Of a stretch of 55,419 nt of DNA, positions 32,201 to 46,071 are shown in pieces. Position numbers and translations under genes: made by a program. The notes below the pieces were generated by a model, which saw only the letters and a list, made by a program, of their open reading frames with translations, made no database searches and had not been told where the DNA came from. Source of the stretch: Intoshia linei (taxonomy: Eukaryota; Animalia; Orthonectida). Location of the stretch: NCBI GenBank assembly GCA_001642005.1, contig LWCA01000100.1, forward strand, positions 1 through 55,419. Direction: 5' to 3'. Within the stretch, counting starts at the first letter, position 1. Each line of letters opens with the position of its first letter.

Positions 32201-35200
32201 ATTTGATTATTTATATATTTCATCAATGAGGGTTCCTAAACAGACATACATTTTAACCATTTTACTGAACATAAATTGGGATATTATTTTGATAAATACA
32301 TTAGCCTTATAAAAAATGTGACAAATGTTATCATATGTTGCAATTTATTCTCAAAAGGTTGAATGGTATTTATTGACAAAGATTCCAATAAAAATAGAAT
32401 AAACCAAGATGAGCCTATTGCAAAATAAATCAATTTTGATTATTATACATTAGTGAAAATTGACTAAAAATAAATTTAATGTAACAATTTCAATTAAAAC
32501 AATTTCAAAAGTTATTTATAGATGCCCAAATACAACAACTGAATAATTTGTGTGCGTAATTATTTTGTTTCGTCGTATGCAGCTGTCTTGATTTTAAATT
32601 TTAAATCCTAGTTGCGTAATGTGCTGGACTATAAAATGATGATTGCTTATTGTATTCTTATTGCTTTCTATACTTTTTATATTTTGACAAGTTTTAGAGT
32701 CCAATATTCCAACATAATTTAAATTTTAATTTTATATAATCTTAATTACCGGATTAGAAAAAGTCGAGTTTTATCATATCAATATCAATTTTTGAAATTT
32801 TAAGCATGATACATCATTTATATTTCATTTCTTTAATGATTATATTGACAATTTATAATTAATCAATATTTCATCTTATTTTCATTTGTCTATGCAAAAT
32901 TTTTAACATCTCAAATACACTATTTTATTTTATAATAATATTCAAACTCGTGCTTAGATATAACAGGTAATTTTTAATGTTGTATGTATGTGTATTTTAG
33001 TTTAAAATTTAAATGGTTTGTGGTTTAAATATTATTTTTTAAAGGTAATTAGTAATTATTAGGTTTTTATTATTTTTTTCACTTTATTTTTTCATTTCAA
33101 TCATACATAATGTAATACAATTTGATTTTTATTTCATCGATTCTATTTTATCTAAAATATTGTTAATTGACTTGTTAAAATGTCGATGCTTAACAAAATC
33201 CAAAATTATATAAAATAATACATTTCAGTTTATTACTTCTAAATATAATCCAATTACAATACATTTGGGTATATACATTATATTATTAATATATTATGTA
33301 TTCAAATTTGTATTTTTTTTAAATTTAATTTTTAAATATTTATTGATTTTTTCTATGTCACTTAAAACATACGTGTGTATTACACAACGTGTACATTAGT
33401 ACTGAATTTAATGTACAAGTATTTCTAAACGATTGTTATGTAATTCGTAATTTTAAGAAGTTTTTTTTAATTAATGGTAAGTTACAATAAAAAAGTTAAC
33501 TAATAAAATCTGTGCCAGAATTTGTGTTTTTTAGTATTCAAAAACTTTTAATTTAAGGTTATTTTGGGGTTTTGGACATAAAGGGCCAATTTTTAATTTG
33601 CAATTTATATTACTTATTGTATCGAAACAATAATTTGGTATTATTTTTTTTAAATTACTGGAACGTCGGTTTTTTTAAATACAATGTAAATGATTACACA
33701 CACAGACACGTATTTTTAGTAACTTTTACTTACATGTTAATACATGTCTTAAAATTTTTTTAAATTACCGTTAAAAAATTGTTTAATTTTTTGGTCATCA
33801 TATTTTTAAATCGGTTAAATGTAATGTCTTAGTTTTCTTGTTTTGGTTTTATTAATAATTTAACTTATTTGACAATTGTTGAAATAATTTGATAGATTTA
33901 GGTTAAGCATGCTTGATAATTAATTGGGCGTTTAATTTTTTTAAATGTTTTCAAATGTTTTCAATTTTGTGGCACAAATATAGGATCAATTGCTGGAGGC
34001 TTTGTCTTGATATTCCAGTTTGTGTAATTTCGTTTTTAGTTTGTTTACATTTCCTATAATCTTTTTTGATTTGATTTCACTAATTCAATAAATAAATGAA
34101 GCGTTTATACATTTAGTTATTATTTATTATACATACGCGTGCATGGTCGCTGACAGTATAAATCAAATGTATACTTCAATTAAGGGACGTACATTGAATG
34201 ATCCTGTACAATTCAATAAAAAAAAATTATTAAAAATTTCAAAAATTGACATCCTTGAATATCATTATTAATTTGTGTTAAATAAATTATTAATAAATAG
34301 TGTACGGACCGTTTCAAAATATTTATTTTTTGGACCCCAAAGGAAACATGAAACATTTATGTTAAAAATTAAAGATTTTTCCCCTAGGTTGTTTTTCAAA
34401 AAAATATTGGAAAATAGTATATTTCCACTAAAGTTTGGTAAAAGTGAATTTTTTATGTAGGGTTTTGGATTAGAAAGTTGTTGTTCATAAGATTCAATGA
34501 AGTTGGATTTTTCAAAAAAATATCGGTAAAAGTCGATTTTCCCTCAAAGTTGAAATGGTATTTTTTATTAAATTTTATTAAATTTTTTTAATGGTAGGAG
34601 AAAAGTGGGATCTTTGAAATGATAATGTAGCGGTCGTCTAGACTTTGAGACAAATTCCATAAATCTGGCAACTCTGTAATAAATATTAAAATTCTCCTAT
34701 AAAAATAAATAAAACTAAATTAAATTTCTTTATATTTTATTTGAATCTCACAGACTCAGGCGTGTAGATGTGGACTATCAACAAAATGTTTGATGTTACC
34801 CCTAGATTTATAATTTCTCTTGCCACTTACAAAATATTTCACGTGTACCCTTTATGGAACCACATGATCCATTTTCAAAACTTATCTAAATTATATTGAT
34901 TCATACTTTACTTTGCTATCGGTATTTTCCTTAAATGGGTTTTTAATCATTTCATACAATTATAATACATATGTATAATTATTATTAAAAATATTTAAAA
35001 TATTCAAAACATTATAAATTCATAAATATGACAATTACAATTATATAATTACTTTAAATTTGACTTATAGTAATTGTAATTATTAAAATTGAAAAACATA
35101 AGTGCATATTAATTATTCAGTCGTAAATTCAAATATTTTTCAAAATAAAATTTGTATCAGTGATATTGAAACGCGTTTTGGTGTTTTAAATATTCTAAAA

Positions 35201-37347
35201 GAAAATTCCATTATGATACAATAAAACAAAGACTTCAACACTTTAATGAAACCTCTAACTTTACATTTTTCTCATAATTCTAACCATAGAACAAAACTAT
35301 CCATGTTTACTGAAAATGAATAGTAAGGGAATGTAAAATGTAATACATAAATAATGACGTAATGTATATGAATTATAATTAACATGTAAATATAAAAAAG
35401 AGAAATGGTTTGAGAATTTAAAAATGACTGATATTGATATTAATGATAAATAATGTAACAAAAATGTTGTTGTCTGTTTTAATAAATCATAAACTTGCGT
35501 CGCTGTCGTAGCTTTATATGAGCTGTCATTTTTTTGAATTTCGTATATGCATAAAAAAATTTTACAGACAAATTATTAAATTGCTCATATAGATTGAATT
35601 CTCGATTGAAATCTTTAATTAAGACAAACGAAGCATATGAAATTTAAAATTATACATACATATTGAATGTATACCAAAAAATGTAGCAATAACATTCTAA
35701 TTTTAATGTGCTATCGAATATTATTAATTTAATTATTATGTAAAATACGTTTGTTACATTGTACAATGTACTAAATGTATATAAGATCCGGACTATAAAA
35801 TTAATAATGCACGACAATGATTATAATATTAGAATTTCCAATTGTCAAATGTTAAGTATAATTAAATTTAGTTATTTTACGCCCATCAGCGCATAGATAA
35901 TCCATCATATTCGTTATGAAATGTATATAAATCAAGTCATAACAATTTACACGTAGTGTACAAAATTATTCTAAATTTAGTCAAATGTGTCATACTGTGT
36001 AATCACTGTAGTCAAAAATAGTCAAATTATTATTAAATATGACTAAATTTAGATTGTTCATTTTTATTTTTTTGATTTTCGTTATTTTTTTATATATTTA
36101 TTAATTTGGCTTTGTCGGTTCCAATCAACTAGAGTAAATTATTATTTATAATTATAGTCATTATTTATTGTTAATATAAAATTAAATGGGTTTACTAATT
36201 TATTTAATTTATGGAATTGAGATACATGAAAATATAATAATAGTTTTAATTGATTGAAATAATAATTATTTGTTAGTTATTAGGAGAAACATCCTGTTAA
36301 TGGAAATAAATAAACTTTGGAAGGAAATTATAAGAATAATTTTAAAGTTGTTGACCATGATAATGTTTATTTTATTGTTTTGAATATTTTCAATATATGT
36401 GTTTATAATTTTAAACGTAAATTTTAAAATGTACAAAATTTTATGTAAATGTATACAATATTATTAAAGTAAAGTGATTCTTTACGTTTTTATATATTTA
36501 CTCTCAAGAATCATAACATTATGTTTACTGGCGTGAATGGGTTTGTCATTAATGAATATGAAAACGGTATATTAAAAATTAATAATTTATTTTCCATGTA
36601 ATTTAAAAAAACCACCTTTTACGTATATTTAACTCTCGAGTATGCAGTATGGATCCAGGATTCATAAACCGCACTAATCGAGTTTTCTGAGTTTTGCAAT
36701 GCAATGTTATTTATATCAGACAACTGACAACCCAGTTATGCAATTAAAATAAAATAATTTTTGTATATTTGTGATTAATTTCAATGTATACACTTTATAT
36801 AGTTTTTATATGAATATTTATAGTTTTTTTTCGGGACTATTTGACTAAAACATAGTCGATTTTTTCGGGCTGATCGATTTTAATTGAAAGCGATTATGAA
36901 TTTTTTTGTACATATTGGGTGTCTTATAATCTTATATACATTGTATGTGTATAACTAAAATTAGACAAATTTGAAATTTAACCAAAGCTGATTTACTGAG
37001 TAAGCTGAGTAATGTGTTCTGTGATTAATAAAAAAACTTAATAATAATCTGGGATTAGAAATAATTTATTGCAATCAATTATTTTGTATAATCCAATTAA
37101 TTTTTCAATTAATTGGTTTTTTCATATAACTGAAAAAATATAAATTGAATCCTTTTATTGATGAATGGTTGGATGAAAAAATTAGATAAATTTTTTTAAT
37201 GTAGTTCAAAAATTAAATGTAATCATTATATACTATAATTTATAATAAATACAATATTAAGGTGTCAAGTTGACACTGTCAACACTCGTTGTAGCGTATC
37301 GCAGTCCCATCATGCTTTATTAATTTCCAAATTCGAAGGAAGAAATA

Positions 37348-37348
37348 N
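37348..37348. other. Ambiguous base N, probable scaffold join
   Basis: The N lies exactly where one repeat (also at 41800-42075) switches to a different repeat (also at 19080-19193). Confidence 0.7.
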
Positions 37349-37600
37349 TATAATCATATTTTCATAGTAATAACAAACATAAATCAAATACAAGAATGTC
37401 TTAATTTTTTTCGGGAAATCCCGGGAAATCGTAAAAATCTCGGGAATTTTGTCTCGGTAATTTTTCCGGTACAATCACTAATTATTATATGTGGATCATG
37501 TGCAATACAAATTTATTTCACATGGATCAGTGACTAAAAGCGAACCATTTACAGAAAAAGTAGTTTGCTCTTTCTAAACGTACTTTATATCAATTTTTAG

Positions 37601-40600
37601 TATTTGGAAAAAAGATTTAACCGATTCGTTTCATTATTTACTACTTTGATGTTTATTGTTCAATCGGTAATTTAATTAAGTACTAGTGAAACACACAGAA
37701 AAACACATTAACACACAAATAACACAAATTAAAAAAAATAATTTTATTATGTATCTATGAAATAAAACTTGGGCAGGTATTTTTAAGCCAATTTTAATAA
37801 AACATTGTGAATTGTTTTCAAGAATTTTAGGTATGTTATATTTTTAAAGAACTGTAAAAAGATTACCACAAATAAAAAAATTTAAAAAAAAAATTAAATC
37901 GACAAAGTACTATCGTAAATCCTATCTTTATCTACAATTACTTGGCAGAAGCTTTAGTTTGAGAAAATTTATTATAATCACAGATATAGTAGCATAAATC
38001 TATTTAATATGTTTCTACCGAGTTGCCAACATTACTGTTGATTATATTTAATTTCAATAATATTTTTTAAATAATAGATGTTTTATCTGGCATTAGCGCT
38101 TTACGCACCGTCATTGGCTGTGAGCACAAGTAATTTACTTACTTAATATAATGTATAATAAATAATGTTTAATAATACAGTTGAAAAGTACAATTCCAGT
38201 GTTTTAAATTTTATTAAATTATACATTTAATTTTAGTTGAAAAAATAAATATTTGGTACATTATAACAGCCACGTCTTTGGTGACAACAATATATACTGC
38301 ATTGGTATGACATTTCAAATTATAAAATATAATTTATACATTAAGTTAGTTGTCGGTAAACATTTTTTTGAGTAACCTTGTAGCATTGAAAAATCGCGCC
38401 ACAATTATAAAAAATGTTACAATTTACCTGTGCCAATCACCCTCAATAAAAACGAAAAAATAAATAATATAATAAAATATGTAGAAAAATTTTTCGGTTT
38501 ACGAATCCATCATAAATCAACAAAATATTCCCATCCTTCAACAATATTTTGATTATATTATTATATTTTTCTAGTTGACTTGAGGGCTCAGTTAGAAAAG
38601 TATAGTATAAATTGAATATTATGTATAAATTAGGGAGGAATGAAACTTGTATTATGGAGTGACGCTATTCAAGCAGTTTTCATGTTAGTGGGACCAATCA
38701 GTATTATAATAATTATATGCAGTAAATTTGGTGGACCAAAATTTATTTTCAATGAATATATGTCTTATGAAAATAAAAGAAAAATAATCAAGTGATTTAA
38801 CCTTTTTTAATTAATAATTACTGATTTTTCGAGGTGCACATTCACATCGCAAGGTTTTTTGTCAGTTGTGATTTGCAAATTGACAATCCAAGAACATCTT
38901 TAGAAAATTATTTTAAAATAAATCCAATTGAATTGAAGAATTTTGAAACAATTGATTTTTTTATTTAAATTTTAAGTATTATTGTGTAAATATTTTATTA
39001 TATCTTATTACATTCCAATAATAATTTAATTCAAAATTTTCATTTCAACGTCAAACTGTCAAACTAAAAAATTGCGCCAAGTAATATATAATATTTAAAC
39101 AGGTAATATTTAATATAAAATTGCAAAATTTTTTATGATATTATCTTTAATGTTATGCAATTGCATTTACTTTGAAGGGATTTTATTTTTATAATAGGCA
39201 AAATAATGACGGAAACAATTTTATTTTATCATTTTTGAAAGTAAAATTATTTATTTATACATTTACATAAAATATATTTACAATGTTGCTATGTAGCTTT
39301 AATTTCGATCCAACTGTTTCAAATACATTTTGGGCGCTGGCCATTTCAAGTTCTTTTATGTGGATAGGTCTTTATGCAACAAATCAATGTCAAGTTCAAA
39401 GAATGATTTCTTTAAGAAACGTTAAGAAATCAAAAATGTAAAAGAATTTTTTTATTTTATACACTTCATAAACAGAGCATTATGGATGGTAATACCGTTC
39501 AATACATTTTGTACTGTGACACTTGTGATGACTGGTATTTGTATTAATGTATATTATTCAAATGAATCCCTCAATTTAAAACCAGATCAGGTATTCAATA
39601 TCTAAAGACAATTTAATACAGTTGCGTCAATGTCAACTATATGGCTTACTATCAGGGATTGGAAATAATTCATTGCAATCAATTATTTCGTATACACCAA
39701 TTAATTGAAAAATGAAGATAGATTCCAATTAATTAGTTTTTTCATATAACTGTAAAAATATAAATTGAATCCTTTCATTGATAATTGGATGAAAAAATTA
39801 ATTAATATTTTTTTATGTAGTTCAAAAATTAAATTTAATCATTATACACAATAATTTATAATAATACAATATTAAAGTGTCATATCAACTCTACAATACT
39901 CTTAACTTGACATTTTAAATTTAACACACAAAATAGTTGTGATATTCTAGAATCTAGATTATAGAATATAATTTTATACTGCTCAATTTGGAAAAATGAG
40001 GCTGCCCTCGAAGGGTGATCTCGAATATGGTAGGTTCTGTACTGATAATACACATGTATTGTTAATTTTTAACCTTGCAATTGAAAATGTTTATACATTG
40101 AATTTCAAAACCTTACTATAAATTTTTTTATTGCAATCTTGCCTTTATGCATATTTGTATTACATTTGACTTTATAAGATGGCGTATTAAATTGTCTTAA
40201 AATTGCTAACTTTATGTAAATGTTATAATTTAAGTATTTAGATTCTACCGTATTTTATAAATGATGTCGTCAGTAAATATACCAGTCTAAGTGGTATATT
40301 TTATTGTTCCTTGTTATCTGCAAGCTGTAGGTTTAAATTTAATTAAAATTAATAAATATATTATTAAGTCTTAAACGAGGGATCGAAAATTCTTTCTTAT
40401 GCGCCATAGGTAAGTGAAAAACTTTGAAAATATTAGGGATAATGGGAGTCCCCATTGGGGACAACGAACAATTTTTATTCTTTAGAATGCATAATTTTAA
40501 ATCAAATAATTTATTTAGTGCAATTAAAAAAATTTAATTCATAGGGGTCCATAACCAAAAAAGTTTGGCGGTCTTGCTATAAACAATAAGCCAATAAAAA

Positions 40601-43600
40601 TGTATACAAGTGACCGACTGTAAAAATCATGTTTGGCACTTTTTATTTTGATTTACGTAAACACACAAAATAATTAACTTTGCTTATTAAATTGGAAATA
40701 AAATTGAAAATTTTCTCCTTTCTTTGATTTTTTTGTGTGGATTCTATAAATATTTAATATTTCCCGTGCAGAATGGTTGATTGAGAATTCCAATCAGATT
40801 AACTATTCTTTTTGAAATTTCAAACATTGAAATTTATAAAATTATTATTGTATGTTTTAGCACACTTTCAAGCGGAATAAATACAGTTTCAACCATTATA
40901 ACAAGCGAATTGTTACGTTACCCACTGCGCGACTTTAAAAGTGTAACAAAAAAGAATATTTCAATCGGAATAAGTAAATTTACATTAAAATTAAACTAGA
41001 TTTAACTTTTTAATGGTGAGTAATTTCATATTATATTAAGGCTTAAAATAATTTAGATATTGATTGAATAGATTCTATTTAATAGAGCAGGGGTGGTCAA
41101 CCTATGGAGGATGCGCCACAAACGGCACATTACATCATTCGAGGTGAAATTTTCGAGGAGCATTGAAATTTTGTTAAATTAAAATTTAAATTGTGGATAA
41201 TTGAAAATTACATTTTAAATTGTAAGTAAGATTCATTTTTTTTCAGTAATCCGTGGTAGTGGAGAAATAACCTGATTACTTTTCGAATCTTCTGGAAAAT
41301 CCGTACATTTTATATTTGTTAATCTTTAATTAACAAGATAATCCTAATTATTGATTTACCGGCACTTTAATAATCTCTATTCACTTACATCAATAACTTG
41401 TTAATAATTAAGTCTTAATTAATTATTTATTTATAATGATTTATTATATTCTTGAAAACATTATTATGCTCTTAGTGACGCATTTAAATCCAAATATTGG
41501 AAAATAGGCAAGATCAAAACAACCATAAAAGTATCATTAATTAAGGACCACTACACACTGTGTAGTACACAGTATATCTTTATATTGTAAAAAAAATAAA
41601 ATAGTTTATATTTCTATACGTATAAATACTATTAGTAGCTGTAGTTTCACACAAAAAATTGACACATCTGAGATCGCATAATAAAAATGTGACGCATGAT
41701 ATGTGAAAGGTTGGCTAATCTGCAATAGAACTTGAAAATATATATTTAGTGTATCCTAACTAATTGTTTAAACTAATTAATTGTTTGCTAATAGTAATTT
41801 TTCAATGAATTGATTTTTTTGCAATTAATTGGTTTTTTTCATATAAATGATAAAATTAATTAAATTTTTTTGATGTGGTTCAAAAATTAAATTTAATCAT
41901 TATACAATTATCATATCATTAAAATTATCATACAATTATAATCATTATATAATTTATAATAATACAATATTAAGGTGTCAAGTTGACACTGTCAACACTC
42001 GTTGTAGCGTATCGCAGTTCCACCATGCTTTATTTATTTCCAGAAAAAATTTTATTTCCCAATTCAAAGGAAGAAATAAAATAAAATAAATATGAAAATA
42101 TTTTCTAAATACTATTTTTTAAATAAAATATAATGCAACTAAAATAGTTTGATATTGTATAATAAAATATTAACAACTTTTCATTATTCTATTCAATTTT
42201 AGAAAAATAGAAACGTGTTTGTCAGCAGAAAAATGATTTATTTAACCTACTAGCTTGACTGTAATGTACTTCGGACAAAAGCATCCTAGTATATTCATTA
42301 TAACCACTGTAACAGTTTTTTAAAAATGATAATGATATTGTTATCAATCTTCAATTAATTGAAATTTTTTTATATTTCAAAAAACCAATTTATTGCAATT
42401 ATTTTTCATAACGCAATGCAATTAAATTGGTTTCAATCAATTAATTCCAATCCCTGATCCTAACTTATATAAAAATTTTTGATGTGCGTGTTATTGTTTA
42501 TTTAAATAATAAGTCATAGGATGTTAACAACAATAAATTCCCAGTGAGTTTTTTCATGGTGACATTTTACCACAAATTTCATTTTTAGAAAGCGAGTCCT
42601 TCAAAAACCCAACTTATCCTTTTTTTTAAAAGTAAACGAGTCCTAGAACTTCAAAACCCGTCCACGCTGTACAGATTTTAAAATCGTTAAAATTATCATA
42701 AATTCCAATTTCAAAAAGAAATATCTTCCAGACAAAAACCACAAATAACCCTTTTTTTTAAAAATAAAAATAGCTATATAACTAATAAAAAAATTACAAG
42801 TTCATAAGGTTATTTCCAGTTAGCACACACAAAAATTCTAAATCTCACAAAGTGGCGTCTTCACGGTCAAAAAAGTAAATTGATATTCATTTTTTTATTT
42901 GGTAACTATTTTATTCAAAAAATATGAAATAATAAATGGTTCTAAAATTTAAAAAAGACTATTCTATTACAGCTTATTTCAATTGATATAATTACATAGT
43001 TTTAACCCCATAAATCTATACATTCCCGGTGAAAAATAATTTTTAATATATTATCAACCATATATTTTTCAAATTTTTCGATTTAAAATCACAAATGAAT
43101 ATATTCATTCTACAATTTAAAAAAAGATGTGCAATGCACATTGTGCATAGAACGTCTACACATTTCCAATAAAGAGATATGGGTGGAATTTACATAATTG
43201 ATTCCTTCGGATTTTTTTATTACTACGCAATTTTTGATTCTCAAATACTCATTTTCAAAAAAATAATACTATTTACAAAATTAGAAAAGTTCACCCTCGG
43301 CAAGCTAGCTACTGTTTATACGATTACATAATAGTCAAATAGTTAATATATCAATTATTTTATTGGACATTTAAAAATTAATATTATTAATTGCTATTGT
43401 TATATATAATATTTTTATATTAGGTTTTCTCGTTGGAATTACACTGATTGCTCTTTGTGGAGTGATATATGACGATGTTTTAAAGGTTCTTTAGACTATA
43501 TTAAATATTATCATCATATAGTATGAAATAACATCAACCCTATCGGCAATTTTACATTTTTCATAAAAATGCATGAAATTAATTTAATCTACTATGCCGG

Positions 43601-45065
43601 AACCCCCTAAAATCAAAAATAGGTCCCTAATTTTTAGTAAACGATTCGTAATGACATATAAACCAAAGTCATCTTTCCATCACTCTTAAATTGATAATTT
43701 AAATTTAACACAAATAATTATTTAATAACTATTACATAACTATTGTATTATAGTTACATTTTTTAATGCAATTTTATATTTTTTAATTATTTTAAGTTCG
43801 TCCCAATGGAAAAAGTTTAAGAAACACTACTTAAATTAAATTTAGATCGAAAAATTAATTTACTTTATTTATTGATTTCCAACACTTTATTTTCAGAAAT
43901 TAATTTTATAAAAGGGTCTATTAATGTTAAATCGGTCAATCTAATTCTGGCTCTCATAGACATATACGTGATTAAAGACAATAATGATTATACAACATGT
44001 GTACAATGATTAATATTAAACACATTTTATTTTAGCTTGCTTTATCATTATTTGGAATATTTGGGTGTTCTATTCTATCAATATTTATTTTGGGAATGTT
44101 CATAATTCCAGCCAATTCAATAGTAAAATAGTTTAGAATATTTTAAATCTATGTGGCAAAATAACAATCTTTTAGGGAGCTATATTTGGCGGGCTGTCTG
44201 GATTTGTATTGTTGTTTTCTATTGTTGTCTTGCGATATATAGGGTAGAAATTTACTTAGTATTTTATTTATAATTTACTCTACTTATTACACAATGTAAG
44301 AATTAAAATATAATAAATCTACATTAGTAGTATACATTACACATTAGAGTTTTTAATACGGTGCCAACACTAATTTTATATTTTCAACAATAACCATCAT
44401 TTAGTGACAGTCTTTAGGGAAATTTAATCAGAAAAAGAGAACTAACTTTCAAAATCTCATCAAACGAGCTTATCTCCGAACACAAACTTCGGAGTGTTTT
44501 TGTTATTATTTAAAAAAGGACTCTAATATACTATTAAAAGTATATATATTTGGTGGAAGTGAATTTTTCCCTTAAGGGTTGGTAACAGTGAATTTTTAGT
44601 AAAAATGGTTGGATTTATAAATATTCTCCTATATAATTGTATATTTTTAGATTTCAACAAAAAATATTAAAAATTAACTTTTTGCATTACGGATTAATCA
44701 ATGTAGTGGTATCAGTTAGTGTAGGCACATTAGTGTCTTTAATAACATGTAATACATAATTTAGCATATTGATATAATATATAATTTACTATAATTTTAA
44801 TACTTTTAATATGAATTTTTTATAATTGATACATTTAAAATATATTGTGATAGGATTGACTGATACTCTGATTCATAAACGTATATTAATTTAAAATTTA
44901 GGTAGAAATAAAAATAAACCATTTTATCCAGACAATTATTTTTATAGATACCGTTTTCAACATGCCAATGTCCATGAAAATACAACAGGTAATGAATTTG
45001 TTGATCTAATCAAGCATTTAGAACTAATTGAAGTGCATAAAACGCTAACAAAAATAGATTCTTAA
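37601..45065 (+). CDS. SLC5 sodium:solute symporter (SMVT/SMCT/NIS-like, SLC5A5/6/8/12 group), 5'-incomplete; exons 37601-37666, 38078-38129, 38237-38304, 38634-38791, 39297-39437, 39476-39590, 40242-40330, 40861-40973, 43424-43485, 44036-44122, 44176-44243, 44651-44748, 44902-45065
   Basis: YLEKRF, LYAPSLA, YTALGGMKLVLWSDAIQ, FDPT..NTFW, NQCQVQR, PDQILPYF, SASCSTLSSGIN, FILGMF...N..GA..G. All junctions are in phase. Confidence 0.92.
41088..41722. mobile_element. hAT MITE in an SLC5 intron
   Basis: TIRs CAGGGGTGGTCAACCT / AGGTTGGCTAATCTG; TSD 6/8 (TAATAGAG / CAATAGAA). Confidence 0.65.
41761..42456. mobile_element. hAT-like element of the CAGGGATTGGAA family (other copies at about 37049-37347 and 39653-39890)
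   Basis: Right TIR TTCCAATCCCTG; flanking direct repeat ATCCTAAC (41753-41760, 42457-42464); left TIR missing. Confidence 0.6.
42458..43342 (+). mobile_element. Near full-length non-autonomous Helitron
   Basis: A|TCCTAACTTATAT 5' end, family internal repeats, and a degenerate 3' hairpin followed by ATAG|T. Confidence 0.65.
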
Positions 45066-45346
45066 TATTCATGTAATAGTTCCATTATAATGATCAACGT
45101 ATTTATAATTTAAATATTTAATAAATACTTTTATTTTCGGAGATGGCATTAACTCACATGTTAAAATTCAACGTTCATTCCAATGTATTGCAAATTGCAA
45201 TGCAGGTAGGCATAATTGACAAGATTAATAATGTTGATGAATCATTAAGATAAACGTTTTACTTTGAACACCGATTACATGAATTGTTTAAATTTTTATT
45301 TTTATCATATTAATTAATAAATTTAATTTTTCCATAGATTTTAGAT

Positions 45347-45938
45347 CAGTGTTTCCCAACCTTTTTTATGCTAGGCCCCACTTTTACTCTTAAAAAAATC
45401 TCAGGTCCCACTGAAACAAAATTCAAACAAATTATAATAAAATAATGATAAAAACTTAATTAATAATTAATATTGATAATTAATATTAGGTACTAATGTT
45501 GTAAGCTTTAATCGTAGATCTCCCCTTTTTGAAATTTGTAGTCTATTTATTTTTTTTGTTACTAAGTCCAAAACTGCACTAAACCCGCATTCTGCTATAT
45601 AAGAGGATGGAAATGGCAACAAAGCAATCCTAGTAAAAGTAGTTAAAGTCGGATAATTTTACAAATTTGAAAATTTGGCATTTTGCATATACTCATCAAT
45701 TTAGTTAAATTTGAATGCAACAGCCTACGATCATTAAAGATATATTATTTTTTTGTCATTCTAATAATTTAATAATACAATTAATTAGTTCAAGTATCAC
45801 ATAACCACTTATAAACCTTAGAATATTGTATAAAATTAACAATAAATTAATTTAAAGTTTTTATATAATCCTATAAATTTGTAATATTTCCAATGTCCCA
45901 CCAAAAATTTCGTCATGCCCCACGGTTGGGAAACACTA
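45347..45938 (-). mobile_element. Internally deleted Buster/Charlie hAT with transposase C-terminal remnant
   Basis: TIRs CAGTGTTTCCCAACC / GGTTGGGAAACACTA; perfect TSD TTTTAGAT; minus-strand LLPFPSSYIAECGFSAV..VTKK/NRLQISKRGDLRLKL (frameshifted). Confidence 0.9.
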
Positions 45939-46071
45939 TTTTAGATTAAAAAAAATAATATCAAGTAATGAGCTCTACATGAGTGGAAATTTTTAATTAG
46001 ACGCCATAAACTTATAATTCATCACGAATCATGAATAATGCTTGATTTCGAAAATTTAATTTCACCTAAAT

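Noticed and set aside
33986-34173. Two phase-compatible minus-strand mini-exons (YTFDLYCQRPCTR-NVNKLKTKLHKLEYQDKASSN)
   Set aside because: No start or further exons found; could be chance in AT-rich DNA. Needs RNA-seq.
37482-37600. Open frame plus a 41-bp GT-AG segment directly before the first SLC5 exon
   Set aside because: The peptide does not resemble the expected SLC5 sequence and has no start or acceptor.
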